A stretch of DNA of 64,000 nucleotides from positions 128,001 through 192,000 of IMG/VR virus record IMGVR_UViG_2597489997_000001, one strand, 5' to 3'. Shown here piece after piece: positions 58,501 through 64,000 of this stretch; position 1 is the first letter of the stretch, and each line of letters opens with the position of its first letter. This DNA is from a virus (lineage: Duplodnaviria > Caudoviricetes). A program made the position numbers and the translations under genes. The notes below the pieces were generated by a model. That model made no database searches. It saw nothing but the letters and a program-made list of their open reading frames with translations, and was not told where the DNA came from.

Positions 58501-61116
58501 GATAGGGATGTTAACGTCTTTGGTTTCAACCCCAGTGACATCTTGAGATTCAGGTGTTACTGCAAGAACATCATCCCATACCTCAACTTCTGGTAACCAC
58601 GCATCCCAGTTTAGATGTTTGGTATTGGCAGGGTAGCCCCAGTTATTGGCGGCTTTAACCGCAATAGACGGGTGGTGGGTACCGACTGTCTTACCAACGA
58701 TATTGATACGGCGGCCTTCACTGAGACCATATGGCATTACTTCATAAAGAACACCACCATCCGCTCCATTGGAGTTGGATGGATCTGGAGGACTGAGTGT
58801 GTCACTAGTAGCATCTTTGCCGCGATCAGTAATGACCACATTCAACATGCTGTTCTGACCAACCTTAAGTCTGAGTTTCTCCCAACGATCGACAGAGTTC
58901 GCATGAGGGCTCATCTTGAAGGCAACACCATCCCAGGCCGGAAGGTTGAATGTACCTGTTCCACTGTAGTCAGTATTGACACCGTCCACCACTAACTTAA
59001 AGTTAAATGTAACCTGAGTGGATTTAGGTGCAGTGTCAGCATAAAGAACAGCCCATGCCTTTTTGTTCACAGCAGGGGAGGTATCTGGTTTAACATAATC
59101 GTTAGCCGTTACCTTAAGTTCCGTTATCTGGGAAGTTACATCTGTTCCAGCCAACGTCACTGTAAACGGAGGAACATCACCCATCTGCCACATCGCTACC
59201 GTAATTGGGTTGTCAGTGATGACAGGAACAATCTTACTTGCTCTGAGCTTAAACTCAACAACCTGAGTCTCCCCAATCGGATACTGAACTTTCATGGAAA
59301 CACTAACGTCTCCAAGTTCACCCATACCTTTAGCATTAAAGCTATAAGTACCGTCTTCCGTTTCCTTAACAGGAGAGGTGTCGGTGGTGAAGCCTTTACC
59401 TGTAACAGTAAGTTCGGTAATTTCAATGGCGTTAATAGGAGTGGTGACTGCTCCCTGTTCCTGGGTTAACTTAAAGATAACCTTAGTCACAGAGTTGTTA
59501 AAGTAGTTGATCTTATTATCAGTAGGTGTTGCTACAAATGGGGAAGCTTCAACAATAACTGGAGTAAAGGTTCCCGGTACTGAAGCGTAACCCGTACCTT
59601 CACCATTCTTACCTTGTTTTGGTGAGACCATTCCAACTATTTCAAATCGGAATTTCTTATACGGCATCACAGGTAGGTCGATTTGGACCACACCTTGCTG
59701 GTTAGCAGTATGCCCACCAAAGGTAATGTCTTCACCAATTTTAGCGTCAGTTGCTACATCATAGAGACGTCCAACAAGACCATCGGACTTAGCCCCATTA
59801 ACAGTCCACAGAGGACCTTCCCCATAAGTAGGTTGAGACAGTTTCAATCTCAAGGATTGCGCTACGTTAGGAGTTATAGGGTCAAGCAATTCCATTGGAA
59901 TAGAAGAAGGGGTTAATGCAAATACAGTAACACCACCTGCTATACCAATACTCGGATTATCGTCTACCGCGTAAGTGGCTTTCCATAAGAAACCAACATC
60001 TTTAGCGATAGGTCCATTTAAACGTACAGTCCACGAGTTCCCGCTCTTACCCACAATGGTGATGTTTGGAGGAGTACTCGGGTCAGATGCACTTACTGAC
60101 ACTGTCAGTGTCAGGTTAGCATTCCCATTAGGAATGGCGGCGCCCTTATACGTGATTACTGGCGATACCAAAATAGTATCTCCAGCATTACCGCTCAGCA
60201 AACGTTCATATGTGTTAGGGAATTGAATACTCAACCCAGTTCCAGTATCTACCAGACACAGGACCCCGAACTGAGTTAACAGCTCGCCTTGTGTATCTCT
60301 GACAACTACGTTCTTTCTACTATTACTGATATCAGTGAAAGTCATTGAGACTTTTCTAGCATCATCGCCTACTACAACGTCAGTAGCACCAGATACGCCA
60401 TTACCAGGTTGATTCAGTAGCGCGGTGTCAGTAACGTATTCTGAAGGGTTAACCAGGATATTTCTTTTATAAAGGGAATAAGTAAATTCACCGGACTGGT
60501 TTACCGAGCTAATTACTGGAGTGTCATTCCCACCATGGATGCGTGCCTCGTAATCGGCTTTCGTCCATTTCTTAATGGTAACAGGAACATCTGCGGTTAA
60601 CGTATATGGTTTACCTGCGTGTGTACCTGATACTGTAAATTTGAATGTGCTTACTACGTCATCGCTATCAGCAGTGATGGCGGTGAACATCATGTTATTT
60701 GTTTTTGCGAGATAACTGGTATGAGTACCAGCATTATCAACGATACTATCAATAGCGAATCCGGAAGTAAGATCCCGGCCAGAGACCGGGAGAATTACTC
60801 GGAACGGTGCTTGATAGGCTGAGCCTGCCTCGACTTCGATCGGTTTGACTTCTACGATAGTAGGTTCTTCAGCTAATGCCCGCTGAACGATATTCAGCGG
60901 GACTTCATAGCTAATGAGACCCATGTACGTAAAGGTCAAGTTGAGCGAGTACGTTGCGTCTTCATCCGGGAATCCATTAAAGCCGTAGGTGATAGTATCT
61001 TCACCGATTTCCTTAATGAACACGTTCGGGTTGGACTCAAGTACTATAACAAGGTTTGGATCCTTGTTGCTCAACTTTTTACCGTCAACCATCAGGCTTT
61101 GTTTCATCTTAGCCAT
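55537..61116 (-). CDS. Giant multi Ig-like domain virion protein (class-A acceptor and donor)
   Basis: 1859 aa, T/V/G-rich; repeated ..W..G..PF.V....D.T and VEG.D domains. Confidence 0.8.
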   Translation of the reverse strand: MAKMKQSLMVDGKKLSNKDPNLVIVLESNPNVFIKEIGEDTITYGFNGFPDEDATYSLNLTFTYMGLISYEVPLNIVQRALAEEPTIVEVKPIEVEAGSAYQAPFRVILPVSGRDLTSGFAIDSIVDNAGTHTSYLAKTNNMMFTAITADSDDVVSTFKFTVSGTHAGKPYTLTADVPVTIKKWTKADYEARIHGGNDTPVISSVNQSGEFTYSLYKRNILVNPSEYVTDTALLNQPGNGVSGATDVVVGDDARKVSMTFTDISNSRKNVVVRDTQGELLTQFGVLCLVDTGTGLSIQFPNTYERLLSGNAGDTILVSPVITYKGAAIPNGNANLTLTVSVSASDPSTPPNITIVGKSGNSWTVRLNGPIAKDVGFLWKATYAVDDNPSIGIAGGVTVFALTPSSIPMELLDPITPNVAQSLRLKLSQPTYGEGPLWTVNGAKSDGLVGRLYDVATDAKIGEDITFGGHTANQQGVVQIDLPVMPYKKFRFEIVGMVSPKQGKNGEGTGYASVPGTFTPVIVEASPFVATPTDNKINYFNNSVTKVIFKLTQEQGAVTTPINAIEITELTVTGKGFTTDTSPVKETEDGTYSFNAKGMGELGDVSVSMKVQYPIGETQVVEFKLRASKIVPVITDNPITVAMWQMGDVPPFTVTLAGTDVTSQITELKVTANDYVKPDTSPAVNKKAWAVLYADTAPKSTQVTFNFKLVVDGVNTDYSGTGTFNLPAWDGVAFKMSPHANSVDRWEKLRLKVGQNSMLNVVITDRGKDATSDTLSPPDPSNSNGADGGVLYEVMPYGLSEGRRINIVGKTVGTHHPSIAVKAANNWGYPANTKHLNWDAWLPEVEVWDDVLAVTPESQDVTGVETKDVNIPIQLTWNGAELKPATTGITYTFAPADILERKGFLTDTDVTCKIIKEVLQETSYPVKMTVTYGGKSDTMDINVTVQPNLIKDLVYTDKPISTSIWQSGDELPFTITNAAGEDASDKLKKVEMVPNTYITADTEGGKLWYVETAETTARDVKTTFNLTFEVDGKEFTSQVTATFKLAAWNGVTLEIIKPTEVIGASIAQDTTFIVYPIYKGKPAADKVELSDLGGTLGGYTTLVKQEASEDNKTLTITLRARATHASPNKQATPLTLTGVKYKVKGTPGTVEGKDVVTRSSDLGFINGDYLSMYNVGWCFTGRQNEVTYMRSGSRTGPAAIVYAILNGVRIPLEDTKLTMYSIFGQATGNTNGNIAWEWVGGTGTTVWGRITRPTLGGTEGYFNPIRAYYSTPEGSKDWTPSPPPATDSNFWVYATSGNLGIAVTSETVTATPATQNELKFKLRVGSTALTTPVVYNPKLIPAPSNGNAMIASEGYSVINDPDDADGLILKFTAGHTGDTLNLKGAVTSPNSGGRVSLDTTIVVPKSPVTPTLDAPSYTADENHQVTVKFKLDQKRYGVEAPYTFPNGTLSGITVTGGSNAGLLALDENGYYGIILDLVTSGNAVITGTITDEGNWKYPFTVTAPVVREYNLTVTDAPVGVKVWDFGTTPPFKVMEGTTDLTSRVTNLKVVPNDHVVQKDAGWLITSSTEIPATSVLTDFTYQLTGDSVVRNASGTFNIAEYDGAEFILKLMNPGTPRGDVTVAAGGTARINVSGWYRGEKISSNPGFTVKEILVAGNIKSIEGVNFMGDTKLYDCPIQPGNSVAIPNIISFTRTGATGSVEGVDYAVLTIPITTFTANTTNVNQTETAITGVFGDEIEIHADMRYGSSPLTLDNSTTNNNGVVSVTVKDNAAIEMVPNSLTPTSFKVRFKGEVFDETVVQTSIDYSMKIGTNAAQVVNRPLTVTQQSTSVALVLSEGFQTSGEGDKDHPLTLTQSSVLPS

Positions 61117-61149
61117 TAGTTACAGTTCCTTTATTACAGGGTTGCTAGT

Positions 61150-63999
61150 TTAAGCGGATACTGATTGCTTAACCGTAGCAGGGTGATATACGTCACCAAT
61201 GACGTCAGTCTCGAAATCATCGGAAGGAGTTAAGGTTGCCGGGAGTATACGAACGTTGAGTGTTACGTCAGCGAAGTCACTACCCTCGATAGCGTTACCT
61301 GAATCCACGATAGCTTTAACTCTAACTGTGATGTCTTCAGTACCAACAACATCGCCAGTGTAAGTCAAGAGCAGACCATCGTCAGTTGCTTTCTCTACCT
61401 TGGTAACGGTGATAATACCTTTACCATCAATAGTAGCAATGTCGACAGTTGTATCAGGGTACAGTTTGCCATCACCAAAAGATCCGCCGATGTGAATCTG
61501 ACCGGTCTTACCTACAACTCCTACGCTGTCTTCGGCGACAGGTTTCAGGAGCTTACCGTTCCAACCCTTGACAGTGAACTTCACAGTTTGCTTCAAGGTT
61601 ACCAGGTCAATACCAGTACCATAGGTAACGGTAAATTCTGGCATCACGGTACTTTCTGCCGTGGCTGCATCGTAGACTTCCCAAGTGTTACCTTCGCCTT
61701 TACGTACGTAGCTATTGGCGGAGATCCCAGTGAGAGTACAATCAGCAGTAATATCATTTCCTTTGAACATTACTTTAAATGGCAGTTCGCCTTTATCCCA
61801 GATCTTAGCTACAACGTCTTGGACGTCAGTAATTTCTGGAGTCGCAGCTGGTTGCTGGGTCACTGACAGGTCAAACTTCCCACTATAAATAGGTGGAGTT
61901 TTCGCCGCTACTGTTGTTGATATAACAGTGTGAACCGCAGAATCGACATCTGCCAAGAATCTGACTTTAAAACTATCGACTTTACCAGAACCCGGCACAT
62001 ATTCGATAACCCCAGCTGGTAAGAACGTAATTCCATTTTTCGCTTCAGAGTAATCCAGCCTTGTGTTACTGGTGTAACCAATCACATTAACAGTAAGTTC
62101 GTCACCCAACTTACCAGTGACAGCATTAGGTCCCTCTATGAAGATGTATGCAGGGCTGCTGTATATACTTATCGGTACTCGTATTTTAGCCTGCTGTTTA
62201 GGATCGGTAGAGCCAGTTACCTTAGCTGTAACATCAATCCAAGAAGCAGCATGGGCATTCCTATTCGGAGTGAATTGGTAAATCAACGCCGGACCAGTAC
62301 CAGCATACACAGTAGGACCTGACATCGATCCTCCCTGACCTAACGCGACATGAGTTAATGAGGAAACAGGTTCTCCTTTATAGATACCGGCCACTCTCAA
62401 TGTTGCATTATTCCCACCGCCACTGGAAACCGCCATGGTGTTTCCGTTGTTTCCATCTCCGGTCACTCTCAAGACTAATTCAATTCCATCATACTTCCCG
62501 ATGTTGAACAGAACTTTTTGAGTCGGAGACTTCGTTACTTTACCGCTATTAACAGTAATGGTGTAGGTTACTTCCTCAGTCACTGCCTGTGTTTGATCAC
62601 CAGCAATAATCTTCCATGGCTTAGTGATTAGAGGACCAGCCTCAACACGGTTGTTAGGAGACACCACAGAAATACCAGTAATCCATTTAGCTGGAATCTC
62701 ATTACCACCAATCGCAGTTTTCACTTTGAATGGTAATTCAGTACCTTTATCCCAAACCTTCCCATCGATAGATTTAACATCAGTGACAATGAAGTTACCA
62801 TCCCAAGCTTTCAGATGGAACGTTACATCAGTACTGAGGTTAACTGCGGAAGCACCAGAAGGAACAGACACAGTCATCTTAACTACGACATCTGTATCAG
62901 CTGCTGGAGCATTCAGCACTTGCCATTTACCATCTACCAGACCAATGTAATCATTGGCTGAAATAGTGGTCAATGTCACAGTTGATGTTTTATCAACACC
63001 ATCTAAAGTCACTTTGAATGGCAGAGGTCCAGTATCACCCAGAGACGCGGTGACTTCCTGAACATCTTCTACTTCTGGGAAAGTGATGTTACTGATCTGA
63101 GTAGCAGCAACAGTGAACCATGCGAACTTATCTTCACCACCGACTTTACCAAACCCGATAAGAGCATCCTTGGTTATCTTAGGATCGGTAGTCAGCTCGC
63201 TTTCGAACCAAACGCTAATTTGGGTGGTAGTTACGTTGGCACCATTACTGGTGATCAACGGTCCTTTAACCCAGCTCGCACCACCATGTGTCAGGACAAC
63301 AGGGGTGAGTCCGTAGCGGATAGAGAATGCTAACGGATACTTCAGCGCATTGGTAGGTGAGTAACGACCTTCTACAGCAGTTGGTTGTACCACGTCAGTA
63401 CGAGGGTAATACTTGTCGGAATAATACACGTAGCAAGGGAGTTTAACCTTCACGTAGTCAACGTTCTCAACTGCGTTTGGATCATTCTCTTTGCTCAGTA
63501 ACCCGAACAGGAAATACCCGTCCTCGCTCGCCATCATATCCGTAGCGCCTGCTGTAGTGTACACAGGTTGGAATGACGGACTAGCTCCGGCTCCGGCACC
63601 TTGCAGTTTCAGGGTATGACCAGGCATGGTTATGTTTTTAGCCCAGACGCCGTACTTAACGCCTAGGTCAGCAGCGACCATTGCTCTGGTACGATAGGAC
63701 CCTTTAACGTAGAAAGTACCTTGAGCGCCAACGGTAGTAACCATCCCACCATTAAACGCATTAGGGGTATGGAGTTCAACCGCAAACTCTTTACCGTCAT
63801 ATGGCCTGATGGTAAACTGACTGGTTACCTCAAGAGTGACATCTTTAAATCCATCATTAAACACAGCAATAAACGTAACTGGCGTAACTACCCCAGCGGC
63901 CGTACCGTTGTATACTTCCCAGACGACAGTTCTAGGGTTTGCTGGATTATAATCAGGGTTTGTTCTGACATAATCATTTTGTTTAACGGTAACTGATTT
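61150..63999 (-). CDS. Giant multi Ig-like domain virion protein, 5'-truncated by the window edge
   Basis: Frame stays open upstream of 63864 to the window end (KSVTVKQNDYVRTNPDY...WEVYNG); same repeat types; class-A donor C-terminus. Confidence 0.8.
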   Translation of the reverse strand, partial: KSVTVKQNDYVRTNPDYNPANPRTVVWEVYNGTAAGVVTPVTFIAVFNDGFKDVTLEVTSQFTIRPYDGKEFAVELHTPNAFNGGMVTTVGAQGTFYVKGSYRTRAMVAADLGVKYGVWAKNITMPGHTLKLQGAGAGASPSFQPVYTTAGATDMMASEDGYFLFGLLSKENDPNAVENVDYVKVKLPCYVYYSDKYYPRTDVVQPTAVEGRYSPTNALKYPLAFSIRYGLTPVVLTHGGASWVKGPLITSNGANVTTTQISVWFESELTTDPKITKDALIGFGKVGGEDKFAWFTVAATQISNITFPEVEDVQEVTASLGDTGPLPFKVTLDGVDKTSTVTLTTISANDYIGLVDGKWQVLNAPAADTDVVVKMTVSVPSGASAVNLSTDVTFHLKAWDGNFIVTDVKSIDGKVWDKGTELPFKVKTAIGGNEIPAKWITGISVVSPNNRVEAGPLITKPWKIIAGDQTQAVTEEVTYTITVNSGKVTKSPTQKVLFNIGKYDGIELVLRVTGDGNNGNTMAVSSGGGNNATLRVAGIYKGEPVSSLTHVALGQGGSMSGPTVYAGTGPALIYQFTPNRNAHAASWIDVTAKVTGSTDPKQQAKIRVPISIYSSPAYIFIEGPNAVTGKLGDELTVNVIGYTSNTRLDYSEAKNGITFLPAGVIEYVPGSGKVDSFKVRFLADVDSAVHTVISTTVAAKTPPIYSGKFDLSVTQQPAATPEITDVQDVVAKIWDKGELPFKVMFKGNDITADCTLTGISANSYVRKGEGNTWEVYDAATAESTVMPEFTVTYGTGIDLVTLKQTVKFTVKGWNGKLLKPVAEDSVGVVGKTGQIHIGGSFGDGKLYPDTTVDIATIDGKGIITVTKVEKATDDGLLLTYTGDVVGTEDITVRVKAIVDSGNAIEGSDFADVTLNVRILPATLTPSDDFETDVIGDVYHPATVKQSVSA

Positions 64000-64000
64000 G

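Noticed and set aside
1-64000. tRNA, rRNA, intron, intein or transposase
   Set aside because: No cloverleaf, splice or intein motifs or DDE transposase recognised by eye; tRNAscan and Infernal were not run

Overview
64-kb segment of a phiKZ-like (Chimalliviridae-type) jumbo myophage; this assignment is inferred from gene content and order, not from a database search. The left arm has a tandem set of paralogous giant baseplate/tail-fibre genes (one carrying an appended C-terminal DUF285/PARCEL-like repeat solenoid), an antisense gpV-type central spike with an HxH apex, an SbcC/Rad50-like ATPase, a secreted lytic transglycosylase, an NAD-dependent ligase, RNase HI and two head proteins with many G-x-E protease-type sites. 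The middle is dense with small hypothetical genes downstream of a repeated AYATTATY-N4-TGTMTAA promoter-like motif; 15 kb of it is bracketed by a perfect 38-bp inverted repeat. The right arm (minus strand) has five Ig-like repeat genes whose C-termini look like the first strand(s) of a domain completed by the next gene's N-terminus. Two matched donor/acceptor classes suggest a pilus-like fibre built by strand complementation, with a self-compatible 230-aa subunit and a capping tip; this is the top candidate for a novel system. Three apparent single-base frame breaks and a G-U-rich structured intergenic RNA candidate were also seen. No tRNA, rRNA, CRISPR array or transposase was recognised.
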